DNA of 64,000 nucleotides from Rhynchopus sp. YZ270_cl-10. Lineage: Eukaryota. Positions 22,832 through 34,703 of this stretch are shown one piece after another. The notes beneath the pieces were generated by a model, which did no database searches, had not been told where the DNA came from, and was given only the letters and a program-made list of their open reading frames with translations. Within the stretch, counting starts at the first letter, position 1. Every line of letters starts with the position of its first letter. Made by a program: the position numbers and the translations under genes. Location of the stretch: the NCBI GenBank assembly GCA_964035575.1, contig OZ037840.1, positions 1,736,001-1,800,000 on the forward strand. The letters are read 5' to 3'.

Positions 22832-25800
22832 ATGCGATTTTCTGCAGTTCTGTGTCTTTTGCTTTTAATAGTAGAAGTCTTCGGTGGTGAGGCAGGGTGC
22901 GCTTTGACTTCACGGTCCTGCTTTTACAGGAGGGCAGGAGTCACATTTGGTGACGCGGTGTACGACATGGCCGAATCGCGTGAGGTGTCTGCCACTGGCG
23001 ACTCGCTTAACAGCCTCTGCAGTCGAGAGAATTGGGCACATTATGACAACTGCAGAGCAGACTGCCCTTTAAAGCTTGAAATCACCGCACCAGCACAGCA
23101 TCGCCAGAGCGTCTGCCTAGAAGGATCTTTACTCGACCCGTTTGTCGCAGAATCTCACATATCAGCGGACCACCCATTGTTAAACAAAGAAATGCCTCTG
23201 TTCCTCCCAGGGAACGGCTCGTATGACACTGCGCAAGGGTGCAACGTTGCAGACTATTACCATGGCAGCGCTGTGGGGAAAATGGCGTTTCTTCTCCGAG
23301 GGAGTTGTCTCTTCCCGCAAAAGCTTCTTACAGCAAAGGCCTTCGGCGCTATTGCAACAGTTATGATGAATATTGCACCAGCTCCAGCATTGGAACTGCA
23401 GCGTGCAGAGATAATTGGATATTCCAACGGAACGGAAGGCCTGCCTACAGGGATGATGTCACAGCATTCGGGGCTCGCGATATTGCAGGCTCTGATTCAA
23501 GGTGTGCACCTCACCGCAAAATATACTCTAAACTGCCCTGCTGTCGGTGCTGTGATAGAGACTCCTGTTGCTTCGGTGCATGATGGGGGTTGTCCACATC
23601 CTGCGTTGGTTGGAAAGTGTTTGCACATGAAGAACGCTGTGGACAGATTGTGCAGTACCTGTCAAATGCGGTTTTTTTCAGTCAGCATGTGGGGACGAAA
23701 CAACAAAATCTGTCTCTGGCCAAGCACGTTGTTGCCACGCAAGGCGGCGAACCTTCTGTGGGAGCAAATGACTCTGCCCGCGGAGAGGCTTCCTGTTACG
23801 TACCTATACGGGGAGGAGGTCGATGCGGGGTGTTCGCTGGGCCACTACAAAGGTGTGTCTGGAAGGATTGTGTTCATGACGTTTCCTATAGCGTGCATTC
23901 CGGTGAACGCCGTCATGTACGCGCAGGCGCAAGGTGCGAAGGCTGTCATATTCATGACCCCAATCTCCGAATCAGCGACCCAACCGATCGAAGGATTGTC
24001 GCAGCACATCACCATCCCCGTGCATGCAATACAACCAGAGCATTGGAAGCGTGTCGACAACGCCTTCAAGATTAATGGTAAAGTGCGCAAAGGTACTGCG
24101 GTGAATATGACTGCCCTCGACATCGTCATTTCTGCTGAGGTGGGCGACGTTGCGGACCGTGTGGTGGAGGACACAGCAGCGCCGGTGGTGGAGGAGGCTG
24201 TGGTGGAGGAGGTGCCGGAGTCTTCTGGGCTGCGTTTTACTGTTGGTGTGGTACTGCCGGCATGCGCGGGGGTGGTTTTGTTCTGTGCTTGCGCGTGGGT
24301 GGTGCGGAAGCAGGTGCGTGCGAGCAGCCTTGATAGTGCAGAGAATGACCGTGGCATTCCTCTTGGTGCGGCGTCCACAGCGTTGTCGCTGTCGTTGTTG
24401 TTGTTGGTGTCTGTTGTGGCCTTCACGCTAGCCTTTGTTGCTGGTGAGGACGCGAAGAATTCTGCAGTGCTCGACGGCGAGGAGGCCTCTGCAGAGAACT
24501 ACCAAAGTGCGCTCGCAAACGTCCGTCTCATCGCAGCTCAGATGCGCCTCAGCGTGCTCGGCCAGGTCGCAGCAGGGATGAACCAGATGCTCGACGAAGG
24601 TGAACACATGGCGTCCTCTGTAGGGTCGATCTACTTCGACGCAGACGCAACGTGGGATTCACTTCTCCCTAAGTACAACCTCTTTGTCAAAATGCTGATG
24701 CGCGCTCCCCTCTGGCGCCCTGCCGTCATTGTCGACGGCGGCTTCCACTTCGCCTCACGCACACGCTCTTCGCTAACAGACCCCGACCCTGCACAACGCA
24801 ACAACGGCTCCGCCCACGGCATGGCCCTCATGATGCACGACCCTGCACGTGGCGTCCTGTACCCTATCACGGTCATAGAGGACTCGATGGTGAACCGTGG
24901 ACTCTACCACAACCGTCTTGGTACTGAATACGGCGACCCGATAGCCTTCACAGAGGATGTGCCAGACGGTGCGTTCCGTTGGCATCTCTCTCGCAAGACG
25001 GCAATACAGGAGACGGATGTGACGTCGATCTACCCACAGCCGCTCTCTGTCTACACGCCCATCTACAACGAACGGCGTGAGTACCTCGGATGTGTGCAGG
25101 CAGACCTCCAGCTGTCGTCCATCGCAAGCGTCGTGACGAACGCGCTGAGCGTAGTGGAGAACGCGACTGCGGTGGTCTTCGAGTCTGACACAGACTACGT
25201 CGTTTCGACAAACGCCTTCAGCGAGAACTTTCCGTATATGCACTACTTCATCGGCGCCAACGTGCGTGCATATCAACTCTACAAGATGAACGAAATCCCT
25301 GCCATCCAGCTGGTCTCCTTGCACCATGCACTGAAGAGACGTGCTGCGGGGGACGACTTCTCTGCGAACATCAATGCTGCACGCTTCTACAGAGCACCGG
25401 CACATGGCAACGAGGTGATGAACATCGCTGTGGACGTCAACTCTTCTGTCACAGATGCATCGCAGCTCGAATTCAAGGCAGAAATGCGCGGTGAATGCAC
25501 AGCACGCAGCTGCTACGTGCCTGACGCAGACGGCCTGGCAATGCGCTTCTACGGCGACAACGTGCTCAACATCTACAAGAACCTTACCCTCGACACAGCT
25601 GAGGTGGCGGCAACGCGGGTCGGGCCGAGCACCGCAGCGTGGCGGAGCACGCTCACACAGTACAACCACTCCATGGCCGTGCCCGGCACTGCCGGCGTGC
25701 TTCCCAGCGAGCGGTGCGTCTTCTTCCCACGCCTTGCCGCAGGCATGCCCGAGAAGTGTTCGCTGAAGCGGCCCTTCGTGGAGGAGAGCTACACGGTGCA

Positions 25801-27511
25801 CATCCGGTTCCGCCCAGCGCACGCCGTCGCAGTGGACGACCGTACGCAGGTTCTCTTCTCAAGCTCGTGGGGCGGCAACTCGCTGCTCCGCATCTATGCG
25901 TCGGGGTTCGTCACTGTGGAGGTCGCGTCGTATGGGTGCAGAACAGCAGAGCCCATAGTGCCCATGCAGGGTGGTGTCTGGCAGACCCTCACAGCAACGA
26001 CAGACCGTCTCGCAAGGACGTGTTCGGTGTACATCAATGGTGTGCATGTGTCGACAGGGAGGTTGAGCGATCCTGCAGGGAAAGGGCTGTACACAGGGAT
26101 CTCGACAACAGACCCGTATGTCGTGGGGCAGAGGTTTGTGGGTGATGTGTCTGCGGTGCGTGCGTGGGAGATGCCGCTTGAGGAGCAGGAGATTAAGGGC
26201 TTGCATGCTTCTGGGGCGAAGGTAGAGATGGAGCGGCACGTCACCTCGCGTGAGTGGCTTGTCGACGTCCGCCGCTTTGTGCGCAACAGCACGACCTCGA
26301 GTGTGCTTGACTGGCGTCTTGCTGTGATGATCCCCGAAGGTGACATCATGCGCGACATCCACAACAACAACGCACTCACGCGGCATCGCCTTTCCGTGCG
26401 CACGGAGAACCTCGAAACGCGTCTGCGGCAGAGGTCCTACGAAACGATTCTCATCGTGGTCGCCCTGGTCCTGACCTCCGTGCTCGTGTTCCTGATGTTC
26501 AACGACGCGCTCACGAAGCCCTTCAGCCGTATCGCAGCAGTGATGACGGAGGCTGCTGTGATGCACATTGATGAGGTACCCGACATGTCTTCTGTGCTGC
26601 GTGAGATGAACAGCATCCACAGGGCAATGGTCCTTATGACGAAGAACCTCAAAGTGTACAGGGCGTACATGCCGCAGTCCGTGCTTGCAGACACGACAGA
26701 TGATGGTGGTGGGACAGTGGTTGTGAAAGCGAGCGCTATTTTGAGTGTCTCGTCGCGTGTGTCATCTGCCATTGAAGGCAGTCGCGACCGTGGTGCGTCC
26801 AGCTCTGCAAACCTCCACGAAGTAGCAGCAGCAGTGCGCAATGGGATGGCCCTGTCTGTCTCCAAGCGTCGTGTCTCCTTCACCCTCATCAACATCTGCG
26901 ACTGGCACCCGAAGGTCCGCGAGCTGGGTGACAGCAACATCATCGACTTCCACTCGCGCACCCTCCACCTCGTGCTCGCCTGCTTCACAGCCGCAAAGGG
27001 CATCAGCGACGTCTTCTCGGGCGACCGCTTCCTCTGTGCCTTCAACGGACCTAAGGCGCTGTCCAGCCATCGCATGGCTGCGTGCTGCGCCGCACTTCAG
27101 GTACAGACACAGCTTGAAACGGAGCTGGGTCTGCGAACCTCCTCTTCCGTTGTAACGGGGGAGGGCCGTGTCGGGAACCTTGGCTGCGATGAGATGAAGA
27201 AGTACTCATATGTGATGCCCGCACTGTCGTGGTGCCATGCTTTAGAGCGCTACGCACGTTCCCTCGACGCTGGTGTGCTATGCGACGACTGGGTCGCGCA
27301 AGACGCCGTCAGCGACTTCACCCTCCGCAAGGTCGGCAATGTGCGCTTCACAAAACGCAGCCAGAACCCCATCCTGGTGCATGTGGTCGTGGCACGCAAA
27401 GGTAGCGCAGAGGACAATGAGTGGATGTACCAGCTGGAGGCAGCGGCGCAGGCAAATCCTTACTCTGAGTGGAATAAATTTGTCGACTTCGTCCGTGAAG
27501 GTAACTTTCAG
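22832..27511 (+). CDS. Receptor-type class III nucleotidyl cyclase-like protein (signal peptide, 2 PA domains, TMs, Cache-like region with LamG insert, HAMP-like linker, degenerate cyclase), exon 1
   Basis: ATG at 22832 begins MRFSAVLCLLLLIVEVFG. PA motifs GKMAFLLRGSCLFPQKLLTAKAFGA and AQAQGAKAVIF; LamG-like SVYINGV..FVGDVSAVRAWEMPL; TM then LTKPFSRI..YRAYMPQSVL; FSGDRFLCAFN and VGNLG. Donor GTATGT at 27512. Confidence 0.9.
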
Positions 27512-27940
27512 GTATGTCAGAAAACCTCATCTCTTAGTAAATCTAGCCATCTCTTTCATTGGAAAGGCTCCCCAGAAGACAACTAACTAAACCCAAAAAT
27601 AATAAAACCTACATCCTCGAAACTTTTCTACACAAATGATTTCATTGAACGCATCCATTTTTTTTTTCTAATTATTTATTTGAAACGCAGAGTTTGTTTT
27701 GGCCCCGTCTGTGAGTGTTGGTTGAATTGGAGTCGGGGAGCACAGGTTGGGGAGAAAAGAGAGAGAGGAAACAAATACAAGACTATCGAATTATGCACAC
27801 GAATTCATCCTTCGATTCCAAAAAGGTCCGATCCTTACAGTTTGTATTATTTCCTAACAACCACTCCGTTACACTGCGTTACGCTGCGTTACACTGCGTT
27901 GTTGTCTGCAAAACAACAACACAAAACAACACAACAACAG

Positions 27941-28102
27941 AGTGCAGAAGGCCTGCGCGAAGCAGCGTTGCACGCAGACAGCAACCAAGCAGGCAAGGTG
28001 GCACTCTCAGAAGGCATACCTGAGGGCTCTGCGATGCTGAAGCGTCTCACTCTTGCGATTGCATCTCGGACATACGAGGCAGACACAATTCAGTTCGTGT
28101 AA
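27941..28102 (+). CDS. Receptor cyclase-like protein, exon 2 (last)
   Basis: Acceptor ACAACAACAG ends at 27940. In-frame join FVREGNFQ|SAEGLREAAL...DTIQFV*; about 1613 aa in total. Confidence 0.75.
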   Translation, partial: SAEGLREAALHADSNQAGKVALSEGIPEGSAMLKRLTLAIASRTYEADTIQFV

Positions 28103-29457
28103 GCGATGTGATGGAGCACCTCATAACATATTTGCATACCTTTAACGTTATCTGTGCCTTCCGTCCGGATGTCCGGTCAGTTTTGCACTTTCAACTTCTT
28201 TCTTTTGTTTTTATCTTTCTATCGAACATTAAGGGGTCGAAATGCCCCGCCAATTTCCAATTTTTTTTTCACATTATTTGTGAAGCTTCACCCCCGCTCC
28301 TCATATATTTTTTTCCTTCAGTGCCTACATCCAATGAACGGTGAGGTGTTTTGCACTTTCAATGCCTGCATACTTTTTTACCGATTTTTAACGATTCAAA
28401 ATTTGACTTGACAGCATTTAGTTAGAAGAAGCATGCTTTTTCGAGAAGAAGTGTTTGTAAGGCACGATGCTTGCTAACTCTGTACTCCTTTCACAACGGG
28501 ATGCAATATTGCTGCAAAGGTCTATAATCAAATTCCCGCTTATGTTTGAAAGCATTATGCGCGTTTGAAAAGAATCGAATATTTATACAATAAAATAAAT
28601 GTGTCTTTTTTTTGGTTGTTTTGCGGAAATCGGACAACGACCCGTCAATACCGACCCCTCCCGGAGCACCATTTTTTGTTTTTTTTTTACTCTTCCATTC
28701 CTTCATCCTCTTGCCTGATTGATACCTGCCTTTCCCTATGGGTTCTTTTGGTTTTTGTTCGAATATCAATTTCTTTGGAAAATATATACCACTGGTGCTC
28801 CTGAAATAAAAAATACCAAGTATGGTGTGGCGCGTTACCCTACTTTTCAAGTACATACACACTACATAAGAACTACACAAAAATGACTTTTTTTTGGGGG
28901 TGTTTAAGGGAAAAAATATTTTTTAGAAGTGACCTTTTTTTGGGGGGTCCGGGGGGGGCCGGAAAATTTTTTCACCAATTTTTGCCTACAAAAAATCGGG
29001 AAATTTTTTTTTTGTTTTCGGTTCTTCCGAGTCTGTGCGTGCTGTGATGGGGTCACTTTGCGCTGAGAAATGAGTACTTTTGACCTAAAATGCATGTGTC
29101 AGTTTTATACAGGCCATTTTCAGGTTTTGTGTGCAAAATATGGTCAGTACTTGACTTTGAAGGAAAAATGCAAAGTGAACGTGGGAGCAGTTAGCATAGC
29201 TGCGAACTTTGCTGCATGTTGCGACCCACCATTTGACGGACGGAGCTCGTAGAACCCAATGAGGAGTGAGAAAGAAGGACATGGTCAAATAAAAAAGTAG
29301 CGTACCGTGCGCCTGCGGCGCAAGCTTGCATTCCACCCTCCCCATGACATAGCTTGGCTGTAAAACAAAGTGCATTTTTAAGCGCAATTTTTTGAAATGT
29401 TGCGTACCGTGGCTTCGCCAGAACGCAGTTTTCTCGAAGTCTTCTTGCTCTTGAACA

Positions 29458-29901
29458 TTGCAAGTCGGAAAATGGGATACTCTCGCACGGGTTTTGGAGG
29501 CTGCGGTCGTTGCACTCCCGTCTTCCGTTGTTGTTGAACGAGGATTCTCTCTCCTGGACCACATCCACGCAAAGAGACGCCACCGCCATTCTCACAGCAC
29601 TATTGAGAAGCTGATGATTCTTCATGAACAGGCACCCGAGTTTAATACCGAAGAGATGGGGAATATTCTTGAACACGCTGTTGTCCTGTTTCTCAGCGAC
29701 AAGCGTCACAGGTTCAAGAGAAAACGGAGGGCGGAGGAGTTGGAAGACTTCGCTTCCCCCGTATTTGTTTCCGGAATTGAGCTTATGAGGACCTTTTTCG
29801 CGCGCAGCGCGTATGTTCGAAACGTATCGTGGGCAAAAAAAAATCATGATTTTCACCACCAGCCATGGACCAAGGTCGAAAAATGTCTGATTCCTGTGTA
29901 G
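29458..29901 (+). pseudogene. hAT transposase C-terminal dimerisation-domain fragment
   Basis: WDTLARVLEAAVVALPSSVVVERGFSLLDHIHAKRRHRHSHSTIEKLMILH fits the hAT dimerisation pattern (P.S..ER.FS....R..L....E.L). Upstream transposase is absent. Confidence 0.75.
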
Positions 29902-30249
29902 AAAAACCCGTAAAAAAAACCGGAATTCCAAGCCCGAAAGTGCGATTTTTGTAGCTGTTTAGCGTCAGGCCTGCTCTAACACAAAGGGTGGGAAAAATTT
30001 TTTTACCCTCCCTTTTTACAATACATAAGCACTACATAAGAACTACACAAATATGACTTTTTTTTTGGGGCGTGCCACACCAAAGTACGCAACAAGTACG
30101 CAATATAGGGTATTCCTGTATTTTTTTTTTCGTGCACAAAGTGCGCAACAAGTACGCAAAATGGGGTTATCAGGAGTACCAACCACAATGTTACAACTCT
30201 CATTTCACATCTTCGCCAACTAAGCCACGAGGCTTAGGTTTTCATATTC

Positions 30250-31301
30250 CAGGCCATATCCTAAATCGGGATTTTTTCGGAAAATTTTCAAAAACTGGAT
30301 CCAGAATTTTTCTCCGGGAAAAAATTTTTTTTCCAGAAAAAAAACCCATTCCGAGCTTTCTCCCCCGCGTTGGCGGGGCATCTCCCCTCCGTTGGCGGGG
30401 CATGCTCCCCTCATACATTGCAAACAAGACACAATAAAGAGTACTTGAAACGTGGTGAAACGCAGCTCCAATAAATCATTAGGATAAATCCCACCCTTCT
30501 TTTTTCTTTTTTTTTCCCAGCTTCTCACCTAACTCTGAAAATAGGTGAGATTTTGCGGTTTTGCGGGTTTTGGTAGAGGTGTGGCGAGCCCGGGCGCGCT
30601 TCGCGCGCCCGGGTCCCCACCTTAGCTCAAGTTGGGGGCCTCCGGCGGAATGTGAGAATTTCTCGGAGTTCGGCACTTCATTGATATTTGCACCAGGCAC
30701 ACGTGGTACACGAATTATCAGTAACCTCAGTACATTTACAAAATAAACGGCAGTCATGGCAGGCATGGCACCCAAGCGAAGCCACGGTACGCAACATTTC
30801 TAAAAATTGTTGACATAAATGTCACTGTCGTTGGAAGATTGGGGGGTCGGCTTGTTTTTGTGCCAAAATTTTTTCAGCACTGCTGACCAGGGACATTGGA
30901 ACATAGGGATTTTTGCGGAGCAAAAAAAAAAAAACAAACAAATGGCGCCGCAGGCGAAAAAAAATTAGGGTACGGTGTAAAAATCTATCTTTTTACACCA
31001 CATAGTCACACACCGAACCCTTTTTTGCGGAGCAAAAAAGGGAAAATGGCGCCGCAGGCAAAAAAAAATTGAGGTACAGCCTGGATGGTGCGGTCAGCAA
31101 CCCAGTTTCATGGTACTCCCGTGGTTCAACCATGATTTTTTCCCCCCGGGGCCCCCGCCACACTGGGCCACGGGAAAATTTTTTTTCCCGAAATTTTTTC
31201 AGAACTCGGATCCAGAAATCAGGAAAAAAAAAAAACGGGAAAAAAGTATGAAAAACCCCGGAAAAAAGTGGGATCCAGAATCCAGATTAGGAAATAGCCT
31301 G
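30250..31301. mobile_element. Non-autonomous hAT-like element with 6-bp TSD
   Basis: Ends CAGGCCATATCCTAA / TTAGGAAATAGCCTG, flanked by ATATTC (30244-30249, 31302-31307). Internal GGCGCCGCAGGC motifs. Confidence 0.65.
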
Positions 31302-31599
31302 ATATTCTCAAAAAAAAAAAAAAAAATGCTTTTTTTTGCACGCTGTGTTATTAGAACCTGAACAATGATGATAGCCAGCCGTAAATTTGTCCCTCACCTT
31401 TCGATTCTTCCCCCTCACCAATTATATCAATAAACACGGTGGAGTCCGCTCAAAAGGGTCCGCCCTTTGTGCGGGCTCCACCATGAAGAAAGAAAAGGAA
31501 AAAATAAACTATAGTGGAGCACACTCCAGGGTGGCTACAAATTTAGTTTTTTTTGGCAATCCTTAACACTCACTGGATGGTGTGGTTGCTGTATGAAAG

Positions 31600-32070
31600 G
31601 TTTGCAACGCACACAAACCAACCAACACAACCGATGCGATACGTTGCTTGCGTTCACATCGTTCCGTTCAGATCGGAACGATGTGAACGGAACGAATGCA
31701 ACCGACGCAACGCAACCGTTCGGTACGTAACGTCCCGAACCAAACATATGGAACCAACGCAACGCAATGCAACGAACGTAACCAACCGAACACAACAAAC
31801 CCGATGTGTACGTAACGATCTGTATGCAACGAACGCAACGCAACGAACGCAACGCATGCAACGCAACGCAACCGATGCGTACGTAACGATCGGAACGCAA
31901 CGAACGTAACCAACCGAACACAACCAACGCAACGCAACCGCTCTGTTCGTTGCACTCTGTAGATAACGATCTCTACACAACTAACGCAACGCATGCAACA
32001 CAACGTAACCGGTGTGCACGTAGCTATGTGTACGCAACGTAGCGAACGCAACGCAACCAACGCAACGAGT
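31600..32070. repeat. Degenerate (CAACG/GCAAC)n simple-repeat tract, probably subterminal repeats of a transposon
   Basis: Dense AACGC/CAACC pentamers; CAGGGTG near 31527 and CACCCTG near 32237 may be the termini. Confidence 0.7.
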
Positions 32071-32383
32071 GGTTACAACCCCCCACGCATGGTTCTCACA
32101 GCGCGCTGGCACGTTACCCAAGCCGCAAACCCGGTTACCTGCCTTAAAAACCGGGTTTTCGGCCAAAACGCCTGTTTTGCCTGTAGAACCCTGTAGAAGC
32201 CTTAAGAAACACGTGTAAAAAAGGGGTACTCGCGACACCCTGGTTTCAGGGTCTGTCAGGGTTTGGAGGTCTTTGCTTCAGAGAAAGTCTCCTAAAAACC
32301 TCCTATCTTCCCAAGAATCCACTTTTTTGACCTCTTTGGAGGTTTAGAGACCTGAAAAAAAATGGCCGAAACCCACCCCGCGC

Positions 32384-32428
32384 GGGGAGGGTGGGTGGGT
32401 GGGTGGGTGGGTGGGTGGGTGGGTGGGG
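32384..32428 (+). repeat. (GGGT)n microsatellite, G-quadruplex-prone
   Basis: Run of GGGT units seen directly. Confidence 0.9.
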
Positions 32429-33106
32429 TGATCAGCAACCTTAAAGACCTTAACACTGAGTGTTAAGGAATTAATACAACCAAGTTTTTCAAAAAAAACT
32501 AAAGTACACAGTAGTAGAGTGAGCACTCAGCAGAAGAGTGTTTTGTTCAGTGTTATATATTTTTTGCTATTTTCCCCCCAAACCCTTAAAACGGGGGGCA
32601 ACAGTATTGGAGTGTACCATTGGTAAAGCAATTGGTATTTCAATGATATAGGTGAGTGACGACACCTCCCCCTTTTTGCCAGTTGTGTGCACGTTTAGGA
32701 AGGCAACTTCTTTCTTTAGCCCCGCAGACTCCATTTTTTCTTGGAGCTTCCAGGACCGTACATGCTCCGTTCCCTAAAAAGGAATGGTAAAAAAGTTTTG
32801 AACAAAAAAAAAAAAACGAAACAAAAACAAGAGCACAAATTCCACCTGGTTTTTGACGTAGCAACCAACACAACGCGCTTCAAAATCAGGTAGGTGCACA
32901 AAAGCAAAAATAGCACAAACTTCATACATACCACACTCTAGGGTGTCTACACTAATGCAACCAAGTTTTCAAAGAAAAAAGGAACAATAACAGTGGAGAT
33001 TGCACAACTGTGGCAACACAACCGAGGCAACTACACTACTCCAACAATTTATCAATCATGATAAATAAATAGTAAAACCTACATTCTCAACCTTTATACC
33101 GACGTT

Positions 33107-33179
33107 GGTGTGGCTGAACTGGGAGGAGGTGCGAAAAGTGCGCAAGAAGTGCGAATCACCCACCCTTCAGCCACACCAC
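33107..33179. mobile_element. About 70-bp hairpin MITE, TIR TGGTGTGGCTGAA; further copies near 20022-20090 and 47318-47373
   Basis: TGGTGTGGCTGAA...TTCAGCCACACCA or close variants at three loci. Confidence 0.55.
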
Positions 33180-33565
33180 CATACATGGTTTTCATCAGAC
33201 GCATTCTTTTCATTCAACACTTTTTTCTCCCCCGCCACCCTTCAAGATTTTCACTTTTTTTTTTGACGACTTTTTGAGTCTTCCTCTCCCACGTGAACAT
33301 ATTATTTTGGTGGGGGTTTGGGAACGCGACTGCATATCATAGAACATGAACACCCCGACTGAACGCTCTCTTTTTATTATCTTATATTCGGACAACATAC
33401 TTTTGTGGGAAATGATTTCAAATGAAAACGGCTTTTTGTTTATTCCCCCTTCTATTGTGCTTTCACCTCATTTCTGTACTTCAGACGATATGCCGTAGCG
33501 TCCTACTAAAGGACGAACGGGGGGTTTTTTTATTATTTCAGACCCCTATTTCATATCCCCCTAGG

Positions 33566-34371
33566 CATACTGTGCGGGCGAGTAAAAAAAACTCGCCTAC
33601 TCGCCAAAAACTCGCCTAAAACTCGCCCATTTTTGGGGGGCGAGTTTTGGCGAGTTTTTTTTTTGGTAGGGATTTTACCTTGGGAAAAGTGTACACACGA
33701 AAATATGAGGGAAATTTGAGTTTTGAAGAGAAAATTTTTTTCGTTCCACTTGAACAAGACCTCTACAGTTTGCTTTGTAGGCTTCCACAACCAGTACCAC
33801 CAGTCCAGCTGTAGCTTCTGCGGATCCATGAAGCTTGCACAGATGGGTGCGATGTAGTCGTGGGGGAATACCGCCAAGGGGTGGCCTGCAGGGTTGCCAT
33901 TTACCGGCATGGCGAGGACATTGTTGTATAGCGAGTGTAGCCCCGGCTCATGTCTTCGTCATCCTCCGGATTGTAGCACGTCTTGTCCCGGGATCTATGG
34001 CACGCTTGGATCTTCCCCTGGAGCAAATGTTTACATACATGCCTGTCAGCCACTGCCGTGACATGGTTGCCTTTAGACGTACAAGTGACACAATTTCAAT
34101 TTTTTTGTGTGTTTTCGAGTGGCATGTTGTCATCAGTCACCCCCGCCCTCCATTTTCACATCCTGGTGCACATTTTCACCCCCAAGGTGCGTATGTGCAC
34201 CAGGATTTGCACCCAAATGTGGGCGAGTTTAGGCGAGTTTAGGCGAGTTTTTGGCGAGTTTTGGCGAGTAATAGGCGAGTAATGGGCGAGTAGGGCGAGT
34301 TTTTGGCGAGTTTTTCCTGAAAATCAGGAAAACGAAAAACTCGCCTAAAAACGGCTCGCCTGCACAGTATG
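33566..34371. mobile_element. Non-autonomous element with CATAC termini and 6-bp TSD CCTAGG
   Basis: CATACTGTGCGGGCGAG / CTCGCCTGCACAGTATG, (GGCGAGT)n subterminal repeats, CCTAGG at 33560-33565 and 34372-34377. Confidence 0.8.
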
Positions 34372-34377
34372 CCTAGG

Positions 34378-34703
34378 CATACCCCGAAGGCGAATTCGTA
34401 TTCTCCCTATATTAGGATCCCAAAAATCCGAATATAGGGCGTCTGAATATTGTATTCAGATCCGAATATAGGCCACCTGATTTTTACCCCGCGTAAAGGC
34501 GCGTATAGCGCGTAAAGGCTAGGAAAAATGGGTGGGGTTTGGCCTATACGGGCCTATACGCGGGGAAATAATAAAACCTACATCCTCGAAACTTTTCTAC
34601 ACAAATGATTTCATTGAACGCATCCCCTACGCGGGGTAAAAATCAGGTGGAGAGGGCGAATATGGTAGAAAAAGGGCGAATACGCATTCACCTTCTAGGT
34701 ATG
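34378..34703. mobile_element. Second CATAC-terminus element in the same CCTAGG site, with a nested MITE at 34473-34650
   Basis: CATACCCCGAAGGCGAATTCGTATTC / GAATACGCATTCACCTTCTAGGTATG; right flank CCTAAG at 34704-34709. Confidence 0.75.

Noticed and set aside
27512..27586. C-terminus of the 1618-aa ORF as called (likewise 1934-1946)
   Set aside because: Read-through into an intron after a GTATGT donor; in-frame downstream exons exist.
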